DNA from: an uncultured Actinomycetes bacterium
GTDB lineage: Bacteria; Actinomycetota; Acidimicrobiia; IMCC26256; PALSA-555
Direction of reading: 5' to 3'
Assembly (NCBI GenBank): GCA_903899845.1
Contig: CAIUKV010000251.1
Location: 82,026 to 146,025 of the forward strand
Length of the DNA stretch: 64,000 nt
The stretch's first letter is position 1; every line of letters begins with the position of its first letter. This document shows positions 26,721 through 34,900 of the stretch, in pieces. The position numbers and the translations under genes were made by a program. The notes beneath the pieces are model-generated. The model saw only the letters and a list, made by a program, of their open reading frames with translations. It was not told where the DNA came from and did no database searches.

Positions 26721-27589
26721 GCACCGACGCACCGGACGGGGCCGACACGCCGGGCGGGGCCGACGCGCCGCAGGTCCGGCTCGAGGTCGCCGACGGCGTC
26801 GCCGTGGTGACGCTCGACCGGCCCGAGGTGCTCAACGCGTTCAGCACGCGCATGGGCCTCGAGCTCGAGGCCGCCTACCGCGAGTGCGACGGGCGCGACG
26901 ACGTCCGGGCGGTGGTCCTCACCGGGGCCGGTCGGGCCTTCTGCGCCGGCGCCGACCTGCGCCGGGGCGGCGACACCTTCGGCGCGCCCGACCCGGCCGA
27001 CTTCCGCTCCGACCCGTTCACGGTCCACGCCTGGGACGTGCGCAAGCCGGTGATCGCCGCGATCAACGGCCACGCGATCGGTCTCGGCCTCACCCTGGCG
27101 CTGCAGACCGACATCCGGCTCGTGGCGCAGGATGCGAAGTGCGGCGTCGTGCAGACCCGGCGCGGCGTGCTCGGGGACCTCCGGTCGCACTGGACGCTGG
27201 TGCGCGCCGTCGGGCAGGCCCGGGCCGCCGAGATCCTCCTCACGGGCCGCACCTTCTCGGGCCGCGAGCTCGCCGACCTCGGGGCGGTCAGCCGGGCCCT
27301 CCCCGCGCCCGAGGTGCTCCCGGCCGCGCTCGACCTCGCCCGGGACATCGCCGTCCACACCGCGCCGGTGTCGGTGGCGGTGAGCAAGGCGATCCTCTGG
27401 GCCGATCCGGCGCCGAGCGGCGCCGAGGTCGATCGGCTCGAACGCCTGGCGCACCTCCACCTCATGGGCCGGGACGACGCGCGCGAAGGCCCCCTGGCGT
27501 TCCTCGAGCGGCGCACGCCCGAGTGGCGCCTCACGGTCGGCGCGGACTTCCCCGCCGATCTGTTCCCCGACGCCGGGACGGCGCCGTGA
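26717..27589 (+). CDS. Enoyl-CoA hydratase/isomerase (crotonase) family protein
   Basis: VVTLDRPEVLNAF...VVLTGAGRAFCAGADL...PVIAAINGHAIGLG. ATGA overlap with the upstream LLM gene. Confidence 0.85.
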   Translation: MSTDAPDGADTPGGADAPQVRLEVADGVAVVTLDRPEVLNAFSTRMGLELEAAYRECDGRDDVRAVVLTGAGRAFCAGADLRRGGDTFGAPDPADFRSDPFTVHAWDVRKPVIAAINGHAIGLGLTLALQTDIRLVAQDAKCGVVQTRRGVLGDLRSHWTLVRAVGQARAAEILLTGRTFSGRELADLGAVSRALPAPEVLPAALDLARDIAVHTAPVSVAVSKAILWADPAPSGAEVDRLERLAHLHLMGRDDAREGPLAFLERRTPEWRLTVGADFPADLFPDAGTAP

Positions 27590-27592
27590 GGG

Positions 27593-28075
27593 TCAGACCT
27601 TGCCGATGACCGCCTCGCAGGTGCTGACCTCCATCTTGCCGGGGGCCTCCACCTCCAACGCGGTGATCACACCGTCCTCGATGACCGCGGCGTAGCGCTG
27701 CGAGCGCTTCCCGAGGCCGAAGCCGGTGCCGTCCATGACGAGGTCCATGGCCTCGGCGAAGGCGCCGTTGCCGTCGGCCAGCATGACGATCTTGCCGGTC
27801 GCACCCTGCGCGTCGGCCCACGCCCCCATGGTCCAGGCGTCGTTGACGGCGACGCAGGCCACGGTGTCGATGCCCTTGGCCTTGAGCTCGTCGAAGTTCT
27901 GCACGTAGCCGGGGAGGTGCACCTTCGAGCAGCCCGGGGTGAACGCCCCCGGCACCGCGAACAACACGACCTTGCCGGATCCGAGGACCGACGTCGTGGT
28001 GACGGCCTCGGGGTTGCCCTCGGCGTCGAGGACGCGGACTTCGACGTCGGGGATGCGGTCGCCGACCTTGGCCAT
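27593..28075 (-). CDS. Prx5-type (atypical 2-Cys) peroxiredoxin
   Basis: VVLFAVPGAFTPGCSKVHLPGY...VACVAVNDAWTMGAW. GAGGAG SD sequence 5 nt before ATG 28075. Confidence 0.9.
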   Translation of the reverse strand: MAKVGDRIPDVEVRVLDAEGNPEAVTTTSVLGSGKVVLFAVPGAFTPGCSKVHLPGYVQNFDELKAKGIDTVACVAVNDAWTMGAWADAQGATGKIVMLADGNGAFAEAMDLVMDGTGFGLGKRSQRYAAVIEDGVITALEVEAPGKMEVSTCEAVIGKV

Positions 28076-28131
28076 GGGGACTCCTCGGAGCGCTCGGCCC
28101 GGGCCTGGGGTCACCCGGGAACGACCGGATG

Positions 28132-29187
28132 CTACCCGGAGGCTCCCGGGTCGGCGGGCGGCTCGGGGGGCGGGTCGGCGGGCGGCTCGGCGACCGGCGT
28201 CACGAAGGTCCGGCGCCCGCGGCGCATCAGCGTCCGGCGCCGGGCGACCCAGGTGTGGACGTCGGAGTCCCCGACCGCGGCGTTGCGCGCCTGCTCCCAC
28301 GCAGCCCACGACGCGACCTCGAGCGCCGTGGTGACCGTGACCCCCTCGCCGACCCCGGCGGGGGTCCGCCAGCACGCGGCGAGGGTCAGGCCCCGCCGCC
28401 GGGCGCCGGGGAGGTACCAGCGGTGGAACCCGTCGAGGTAGGCGTCGGCGTCCGCGTCGGCCACCACGACGGTGTCGACGACGAGCACCGGTCCCGGTGC
28501 GGCGGGCCCCGGGTCCGGGCCGGCGGCGGGCGAAGTGGGCGGAGCGGGCGGGGCGGGCTCGATCTCGTACCACAGGTCGATCCAGCGCTCGAAGGGTCCG
28601 GCGGCCAGGCGGGTGGCCTCGGTGGGGAGGGCCGACCGCATCGCCGCCTCGTCGGCGTAGACCCGCTCCCACACGTGGGTCCACCCGTCGGGGAACCACT
28701 CGAGGCCCATGGTGTTGGGTGCCGCCACCGAGGCGGTCGCGGGGTCGTCGTCGACGGTCCCGCCGAGCCCGGCGACGAAGGCGTCGACCTCGGACGCGAC
28801 CGCGTCGGCCGGCGGGCGGAGGGCGAGGATCCGCCGGATCCCGGCGTCGGCCCGGAAGGGCGTGCCCGGCACCTCGTAGCCGAACAGGCCGAGCCCGAGG
28901 TCGCGGCGCGAGGCGGTGATGCACTCGGGGTTCTCGGGCAGGAGGTAGCGGTCGAGGACGCAGACGTGGAACGGGTGGCACATGTAGCGGGCGTAGGCAC
29001 CGGGCGCGTCGTAGGCGTGCTCCCAGACCAGGTCGACGGCCGCCTCGGAACGGTTCCAGCCGGTGGCGCCGTGGCCCACCTCGGGGATGTACCACCCGGT
29101 CTCGCGCAGGACCCGCGCGAGCTCCGCCCGGGCGTCGGGCGGAGCGTCGTCGGCGAAGCCGTAGGACTCGAACCGCCGGAGGGTCAC
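28132..29187 (-). CDS. Hypothetical protein, apparently three tandem ferredoxin-like (Dabb/EthD-like) modules plus Pro-rich tail
   Basis: Three ~100-aa segments begin VVTLRRFE..., IRRILALRP... and VLVVDTVVV.... GTG 29187 overlaps the upstream stop (GTGA). The fold assignment is a guess. Confidence 0.6.
   Translation of the reverse strand: MTLRRFESYGFADDAPPDARAELARVLRETGWYIPEVGHGATGWNRSEAAVDLVWEHAYDAPGAYARYMCHPFHVCVLDRYLLPENPECITASRRDLGLGLFGYEVPGTPFRADAGIRRILALRPPADAVASEVDAFVAGLGGTVDDDPATASVAAPNTMGLEWFPDGWTHVWERVYADEAAMRSALPTEATRLAAGPFERWIDLWYEIEPAPPAPPTSPAAGPDPGPAAPGPVLVVDTVVVADADADAYLDGFHRWYLPGARRRGLTLAACWRTPAGVGEGVTVTTALEVASWAAWEQARNAAVGDSDVHTWVARRRTLMRRGRRTFVTPVAEPPADPPPEPPADPGASG
28147..28190. 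repeat. Direct duplication, 24-bp period (CGGGTCGGCGGGCGGCTCGG x2), in frame at the 3' end of CDS 28132-29187
   Basis: 20/20 identical cores. Encodes the EPPADPPPEPPADP tail. Confidence 0.85.
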
Positions 29188-29606
29188 GACGGCACCGCCG
29201 GCTCCCCGGGCCACCGCAGTCCCGCGGCGCGCAGCGCGTCGGCCACGGCCGCGGTCAGGGCCGCCACCGAGCCGCCGCACCGCTCGAGGTCGGCGGGGCC
29301 GAGCAGGAGCCGGAACCCGGCGGGGGTCTCCACCGCCACCAGGGGCGGAGTCCCGAGCGCCCGGACCGCGTCGGGCTGGTCGTCGCGGTGGAAGGTCGCG
29401 AACGGCACGGGCAGCGCCGCACAGGAGGCACGCCACTCCCGGGTGGGCCGCAGGACGCCGTGGGTGATGTCGCACAGCGCGCAGTGCGCCCGCCCCAGCC
29501 GGGCCCCGATCCAGTAGGCGAGCTCCCCGCGCAGGGTGTGGTCGGCGTCGTAGACACCCACCAGGCCGGTCACGGTCGTGGGGTCCGCCGGACCGGTCCC
29601 GCTCAC
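29184..29606 (-). CDS. Small thioredoxin-fold-like protein with C-A-L-C motif (140 aa), family unknown
   Basis: LVGVYDAD...GRAHCALCDITHG...PPLVAVETPAGFRLLLGP shows a beta-alpha-beta pattern, a CxxC and a cis-Pro-like pattern. GTGA overlaps at both ends. Confidence 0.6.
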   Translation of the reverse strand: MSGTGPADPTTVTGLVGVYDADHTLRGELAYWIGARLGRAHCALCDITHGVLRPTREWRASCAALPVPFATFHRDDQPDAVRALGTPPLVAVETPAGFRLLLGPADLERCGGSVAALTAAVADALRAAGLRWPGEPAVPS

Positions 29607-30535
29607 CCGGTCACGGCCCGGAACCGCTCGACCATCGTCGCGAGCACGTCGAGCGCGGCGTCGTACCCGCGGGGAGGCGCGATGGTGACGCGCACGTCGG
29701 TGACGCCCGCGGCGACCAGCGCGGGCACCGCCCCGATCGCCGGATCGAGGTCGTAGCCGGCGTCGGTGCGGCGGACGGGCGGCGCGTTGCCCACGACCCC
29801 GATGCCCGCGGGGTCCCGACCGAGGCCCTCGACCGCGGCGCGCATTCGCGCGATGCCCGCGGCGACGTCGTCGGCGTCGTCGCCCCAGGGGATCCAGCCC
29901 GCACCGAAGCGGGCCAGGCGGGCCATCGCGCGCGGGTTCACCGTGCCGCTCACCCACACCGGCACCCCGCCGGGCTGGAGGGGCTTGGGCATCTGGTGGA
30001 TCCGGGCGAACTCGAGCCCGGGCCCGGAGTACGCGGCCGCCTGCTCGCGCCACAGCCGGCCGCACACCTCCAGGGTCTGGTCGAGGAGTGCGCCCCGGCC
30101 CGCGAAGTCGAGCCCGGCCGCCTGGTACTCCTCCTCCTGCCAGCCCACCCCGACCCCGAGGTCGATGCGCCCGCCCGAGAGCACGTCCATGGTGGCGAGC
30201 TGCTTGGCCAGGGTCACGGGGCGGCGCAGGGCCGCGATGAGGATGTTGGTGCCGAGGCGGACCCGATCGGTCAGCGCCGCCACGTGGGTGAGGGTGGTCA
30301 ACGGGTCGAGCCAGTGCCCGTCGGGGCCGGTGGGCTGCTTCCCACCCCGGGCCCCGCCGCGCGCCGGGTCGCCGTAGGCCTCGAGCCGCTCGCCGAACAC
30401 CACGTGGTCGCTCACGACGACCCGGTCCACGCCGGCCGCGTCGGCGGCGCGTGCGAGGTCGAGGACGTGGTCCCAGCCCCCGGGGTCGTCGGGGGCGAAG
30501 GTGCGGAGCATGATCGAGCACTGCGGGGTGGTCAC
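29603..30535 (-). CDS. LLM-class F420/flavin-dependent oxidoreductase
   Basis: VVVSDHVVF...TMDVLSGGRIDLGVGVGWQEEEY. Start GTG 30535 (ATG 30511 alternative). Confidence 0.8.
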   Translation of the reverse strand: MTTPQCSIMLRTFAPDDPGGWDHVLDLARAADAAGVDRVVVSDHVVFGERLEAYGDPARGGARGGKQPTGPDGHWLDPLTTLTHVAALTDRVRLGTNILIAALRRPVTLAKQLATMDVLSGGRIDLGVGVGWQEEEYQAAGLDFAGRGALLDQTLEVCGRLWREQAAAYSGPGLEFARIHQMPKPLQPGGVPVWVSGTVNPRAMARLARFGAGWIPWGDDADDVAAGIARMRAAVEGLGRDPAGIGVVGNAPPVRRTDAGYDLDPAIGAVPALVAAGVTDVRVTIAPPRGYDAALDVLATMVERFRAVTG

Positions 30536-30585
30536 CGCTGCATCATGCCTCGCCCCCGGCGCGCGCCGCCCGGGTCCGGGCACCC

Positions 30586-30591
30586 TATGCT
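30586..30591 (+). promoter_or_regulatory. -10-like TATGCT for amidohydrolase 30625 (leadered, GGAGG SD sequence downstream)
   Basis: TANNNT about 34 nt upstream of ATG. Overlapped by a 16-bp palindrome. Confidence 0.35.
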
Positions 30592-30605
30592 GACGTCCAC
30601 GTCAG
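30590..30605. promoter_or_regulatory. Perfect 7+2+7 palindrome CTGACGT-CC-ACGTCAG (candidate operator)
   Basis: Read directly. Lies in the 89-bp divergent LLM/amidohydrolase intergenic region and overlaps the putative -10. Confidence 0.45.
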
Positions 30606-30624
30606 GGAAATCCCGGAGGTCCCG

Positions 30625-31854
30625 ATGGAACTGCCCAAGATCATCAGCGTCGACGACCACGTGGTCGAGCCGCCCCACGTGTGGCAGACCTGGCTGCCCG
30701 AAAAGCACCGGGCCGCCGGGCCCCGGGTCCAGCGGGACCGCTTCGCCCCGTTCGTGCACATGCCCGGCGCCCGCTACACCAACACCATCGACCCCGACGG
30801 CGAGCTGGCCGACTACTGGATGTACGAGGACCGCCTCATCTACGTCCACAAGAAGTTCGTGGCCATCCCCCGCGAGGCGATCTCGGAGGAGGCCGACGGC
30901 ACCCGGGTCTTCGACCGGTCGCGCATGCAGATGGTGCCCTCCACCTACGACGACATGATCCCGGGCTGCTACGACCGCGACGCCCGGGTGCGGGACTTCC
31001 TCGACAACTGGACCGACGGCTCGCTGCCCTTCCCCACCTTCCCGCGCTTCTGCGGCCAGACGTTCATGGAGGGCAACGACAAGGACCTCGGGCTCGCCTG
31101 CGTCGAGGCCTACAACAACTGGATGATCGAGGAGTGGTGCGCCCCCTCGCAGGGCGTGAACATCCCGCTGTGCATCCTGCCGCTCTGGGACGTCGACCTC
31201 GCGGTGGCCGAGGTTGCCCGCATCTCCGAGAAGGGCGTGCACGCCGTGTGCTTCTCGGAGATCCCCTCGAAGCTGGGCCTGCCCTCGATCCACACCGGCC
31301 ACTGGGACCCGCTGTTCGCGATCTGCGACGAGCGGGCCGTGACCCTCAACATGCACATCGGCTCGTCGTCGTCGATGCCGGCGGCGTCGCCCGACGCTCC
31401 CGAGGCCGTGGGCTCCACCCTCCAGTTCAACAACGCCTTCGCCTCGATGATCGACTGGCTGTTCTCGGGCAAGCTGATCGCGTTCCCGAACCTCAAGCTC
31501 GCCTACTCCGAGGGCCAGATCGGCTGGATGCCCTACGCGCTCGAGCGGGCCGATCGCGTCTGGGAGATGCACGAGCCCTGGACCCACGCCAAGGCGATGA
31601 TCCCGGAGCCGCCCTCCACCTACTTCACGGGCCGCATCTTCGGATGCTTCACCGACGACCAGCACGGGCTCGCGAGCCTGGGCGAGCTCGGGACCGACAA
31701 CATCTGCTTCGAGGTCGACTACCCGCACTCCGACACCACCTGGCCCCACAGCAAGGACTACGTCGAGAAGCTCGCGGCGAACCTCGACCCCGACGTCCTC
31801 TACAAGATCCTCCGGGGCAACGCGATCCAGATGCTCAGCCTCGACCGGGTCTGA
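30625..31854 (+). CDS. Amidohydrolase_2 (PF04909) family protein
   Basis: IISVDDHVVEPPHVW...NMHIGSS...CFEVDYPHSDTTWP. GGAGG SD sequence 6 nt before ATG. Confidence 0.85.
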   Translation: MELPKIISVDDHVVEPPHVWQTWLPEKHRAAGPRVQRDRFAPFVHMPGARYTNTIDPDGELADYWMYEDRLIYVHKKFVAIPREAISEEADGTRVFDRSRMQMVPSTYDDMIPGCYDRDARVRDFLDNWTDGSLPFPTFPRFCGQTFMEGNDKDLGLACVEAYNNWMIEEWCAPSQGVNIPLCILPLWDVDLAVAEVARISEKGVHAVCFSEIPSKLGLPSIHTGHWDPLFAICDERAVTLNMHIGSSSSMPAASPDAPEAVGSTLQFNNAFASMIDWLFSGKLIAFPNLKLAYSEGQIGWMPYALERADRVWEMHEPWTHAKAMIPEPPSTYFTGRIFGCFTDDQHGLASLGELGTDNICFEVDYPHSDTTWPHSKDYVEKLAANLDPDVLYKILRGNAIQMLSLDRV

Positions 31855-31863
31855 CGCGCACGG

Positions 31864-33393
31864 TCACCCCGCGCGCTCGGCGACGAGCGCACCCCGGTTG
31901 ACCTTCCCCGCGTCGGTGCGCGGGATGCGCCCGCCGATCTCGTAGCCCTTCGGCACCTTGTACGCCGCCAGGCGCGCCCGCGCGAACGCGTCGAGCTCCC
32001 CGGCGGTCGGCGGCGCGCCGGGATCGACCGGCTCGACCAGCGCGTGGACCCGGTGCCCCCATTCCGCGTCGGGCAGGCCGATCACCACCACGTCGTGCAC
32101 ACCCGGGTGCTCCGACAGGGCGGTCTCGACCTCGGCCGGGAACACGTTGGCGCCGCCGGACACGATCATGTCCACCCGACGGTCCGCGATGTAGAGGAAC
32201 CCGTCCCCGTCCAACCAGCCGAGGTCGCCGATGGTCGTGTACCCGTCGTCGGTGGTCGGCGGCGCGTCGGCACCCACGTACTCGAACGTCGGCCCGGTCT
32301 CGCCCGGCCGTCGGAGGTAGATCTCGCCGATCTCGCCGGGCGGGAGGTCGCGCCCGTCGGCGTCGAGGATGCGGATCTCGGTCTCGAACGGGCGTCCGCA
32401 GCTCCCCCGGTGGTCGAGCCAGTCGAGGCCGCGCATGATGGTGAGGCCCACCCGTTCGGTGGAGCCGTAGGTCAGGAAGAACCGATCGGGCCCGACGAGG
32501 TCGTTCCACGCCTCGACCACCCAGTCGGGGCAGGCCGATCCCCCCTGCATCACGTACACCAGGCTCGACAGGTCGCGGTCGGCGATGCCCTCCACCCGGG
32601 CCATGCGGGCGAGCATCGTGGGCACCGCGGTGAAGCAGCCGATGCGGTGGCGCTCGATCAGGTCGACCGCCTGCGCGGCGTCGAACTTCTCCATGAGCAC
32701 CATCGCCCCGCCGGCCATGAGCATGCCCTGGCAGATCGAGAATCCGTTGGTGTGGTAGAGCGGCGCCGGCACGAGCTGCGAGATGCCGAGCGGTAGGTCG
32801 ATCCACTCCGACACCATCGGCGGCGTCGTCGCCGGTGCCCACACGCCGGGCAGTGGGCTCACGATGACCTTCGGGCGTCCGGTGGAGCCGCTCGACGCGA
32901 CCGCCACCGCCGGCAGCGCCACCACGTCGGGGAGCGGCGCCGCGGACCGGTCGACGGACGCGGCGAGGTCGGCGGTGGTGACGACGGGGACCGCCGACTC
33001 CCCCACGTCGCCCACCACCAGGGCGACGCCGGCGACCTCGAGGAGCCGCTCGCGCTCCCAGGCCGGGAGGTCCGCCCGCACGGGCAGGACCCCGGCACCC
33101 GCCTTCCAGGCACCGATCGACACGAACAGGTGCTCCGGGGAGTTCGGGAGCGCGAGCGCGAGGAGCGTGCCCGGTCCGGCTCCCCGAGCGGAGAGGAGGC
33201 GTGCGACCTGCGTGGAGCGGTCGTCGAGGTGCCGACGGGTGATCGCGACGTCGGGCCCGGCGCGCGGCGCGAACACGACGGCGGTGCCGTCGGGGTCGGC
33301 CGCGGCGAGGTCGCGGATGCGCTGCCCGTACGACACCTCGGCGATCGCCTGGCGTTCCGTCCCCACGGTCGGACCGCTCCCGTCTCCCTGCAC
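31864..33393 (-). CDS. AMP-binding acyl-CoA ligase (SSGSTGRPK subtype, paralog of 16011-17435)
   Basis: ASSGSTGRPK, YGSTE, DLGWLDGDGFLYIADRRVDMIVSGGANVFPAEVE. Start GTG 33393 after GGGAGGGGG. The longer ORF would overlap the divergent gene. Confidence 0.8.
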   Translation of the reverse strand: MQGDGSGPTVGTERQAIAEVSYGQRIRDLAAADPDGTAVVFAPRAGPDVAITRRHLDDRSTQVARLLSARGAGPGTLLALALPNSPEHLFVSIGAWKAGAGVLPVRADLPAWERERLLEVAGVALVVGDVGESAVPVVTTADLAASVDRSAAPLPDVVALPAVAVASSGSTGRPKVIVSPLPGVWAPATTPPMVSEWIDLPLGISQLVPAPLYHTNGFSICQGMLMAGGAMVLMEKFDAAQAVDLIERHRIGCFTAVPTMLARMARVEGIADRDLSSLVYVMQGGSACPDWVVEAWNDLVGPDRFFLTYGSTERVGLTIMRGLDWLDHRGSCGRPFETEIRILDADGRDLPPGEIGEIYLRRPGETGPTFEYVGADAPPTTDDGYTTIGDLGWLDGDGFLYIADRRVDMIVSGGANVFPAEVETALSEHPGVHDVVVIGLPDAEWGHRVHALVEPVDPGAPPTAGELDAFARARLAAYKVPKGYEIGGRIPRTDAGKVNRGALVAERAG

Positions 33394-33447
33394 GCGTCCC
33401 CCTCCCGGACCGCCACCCGCCCGCGGCGCCCCACGGTGGACGGACGA

Positions 33448-33453
33448 TAACCT
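33448..33453 (+). promoter_or_regulatory. -10-like TAACCT, 7 nt before ATG 33461
   Basis: TANNNT-N7-ATG. No SD sequence. Confidence 0.45.
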
Positions 33454-33460
33454 CCGCCCC

Positions 33461-33928
33461 ATGTCCATCCAAGCGGTCTCACACATCGCCGTCGGCGTCC
33501 GCGACATGGAGGTCGCCCTCGGCTTCTACCGGGACGTGCTCGGCCTGCGGGTCACGGCCGACAAGGTCGAGGAGTTCCCCCAGGGCCCGGGGCAGCCTCC
33601 CGCCCGCCGCCGCGCCTGCTACCTCCGCTGGCAGGACGGTCCGCACGCGAGCTTCATCGTCCTCGACCAGCAGCTGACCAACGAGATCGTCGGGGAGCCG
33701 GCCCGGCTGTTCCAGATGGGCGTGCACCACTTCGCGTTCTGGGTCGACGACCTCGCCGGGATGATGGCGAAGGTCCGCGCCGCCGGCGTGACCGTCTTCA
33801 TGGGCAACGACGGCGACGGCGCCGGGGCCGACACCGAGATGTACGGCGAGCCGCCCGGCGGCCGGGTCAAGAGCGTGTTCCTGCGCGACCCCGAGGGCAA
33901 CTTCGTCCAGCTCGACCAGCGGGCCTGA
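33461..33928 (+). CDS. VOC (glyoxalase/bleomycin-resistance/dioxygenase) family protein
   Basis: VSHIAVGVRDMEVALGFYRDVLGL...HHFAFWVDD...FLRDPEGNFVQL. TAACCT-N7-ATG. Confidence 0.85.
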   Translation: MSIQAVSHIAVGVRDMEVALGFYRDVLGLRVTADKVEEFPQGPGQPPARRRACYLRWQDGPHASFIVLDQQLTNEIVGEPARLFQMGVHHFAFWVDDLAGMMAKVRAAGVTVFMGNDGDGAGADTEMYGEPPGGRVKSVFLRDPEGNFVQLDQRA

Positions 33929-33940
33929 GCCCGCGCCCGC

Positions 33941-34900
33941 TCAGCCGGGTGCGGCGAACCGGTCCCGCAGCCACGCCCCGGTCCGGGCGTGGGCGAGGTC
34001 GGCGGCCGGGAGCCGGAAGTTCACGAACCCGTGGGGCTGCCCCGCGTAGGTGACCTCGTCGACCGGGACCCCGGCCCCGGCCAGGCGGGCCGCGTAGGCC
34101 CGGCCCTCGTCGCGCAGCATGTCGCAGCCGCCGAGCACGACCAGGGCCGGCGGCAGCCCGGCCAGCGACGACGCGGCGAGGGGCGCCGCGCCCGGCTCGG
34201 CGGTGAGGTCCCGGCCCCCCGCGTAGGCCCGCCAGTAGGCGTCACCCGCGGCCGTGCTGATGACGAGGCCGTCGAACTCGACCCGCGACGGGAACGGCGT
34301 GTTGCCCCCCGCCCCCGGGTAGATCAGCACCTGGGCGACCGGCGCCGGGCCACCCGCGTCACGCCGCCGGAGCGCGACCGCGGCGGCCAGGGTGCCACCG
34401 GCGCTCTCCCCGGCCACGGCCACCGGGCCGTCACCGCGCGCGAGCAGCGCCGTCGTCACCGCGTCGCAGTCGTCGAGCCCGGCCGGGTACGGGTGCTCGG
34501 GCGCGAGGCGGTACTCCACGGACACGACCGTGGCCACCGCGTGGTGGGCGAGCTCACGGGCCACGTGGTCCATCAGGCCGATGCTGCCGACGCAGTAGCC
34601 GCCGCCGTGGAAGTAGGCGACCACGCCCTGCGTGGGTGCGTCCGGGCGGTAGACGCGCACGGGGACCCCCGCCATCTCGGTGTCGGTCACCTCGGCCATC
34701 GGGCGGGTCGGCGGGGCACCCACCGGCCCCCGGGCGAGGGCGAGGATGTCCGGGTCGAGCACCTCCAACGGCGTCGCGTACACGGGGTTGGCGTCGAGCC
34801 ACGTGCGCACCTCCGGGTCGAGCCGACCCTCGGGATCGCCGGGCGCGCCACCCGGGGCGGCGACCACCTCGACCCGGTGGTGCGGACCGATCGCGCTCAC
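33941..34900 (-). CDS. Alpha/beta hydrolase, HSL-type esterase/lipase
   Basis: VAYFHGGGY (HGGG oxyanion), GESAGG nucleophile elbow, ...HGF. GTGA overlap with the upstream gene. Confidence 0.85.
   Translation of the reverse strand: MSAIGPHHRVEVVAAPGGAPGDPEGRLDPEVRTWLDANPVYATPLEVLDPDILALARGPVGAPPTRPMAEVTDTEMAGVPVRVYRPDAPTQGVVAYFHGGGYCVGSIGLMDHVARELAHHAVATVVSVEYRLAPEHPYPAGLDDCDAVTTALLARGDGPVAVAGESAGGTLAAAVALRRRDAGGPAPVAQVLIYPGAGGNTPFPSRVEFDGLVISTAAGDAYWRAYAGGRDLTAEPGAAPLAASSLAGLPPALVVLGGCDMLRDEGRAYAARLAGAGVPVDEVTYAGQPHGFVNFRLPAADLAHARTGAWLRDRFAAPG

Noticed and set aside
30590-30605. Reading the CTGACGTCCACGTCAG palindrome as a CRP/CRE-type site
   Set aside because: The resemblance to TGACGTCA is superficial. 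The actinobacterial CRP consensus (TGTGA-N6-TCACA) does not match, and no cAMP-related gene is nearby. It is kept only as an unassigned operator candidate.
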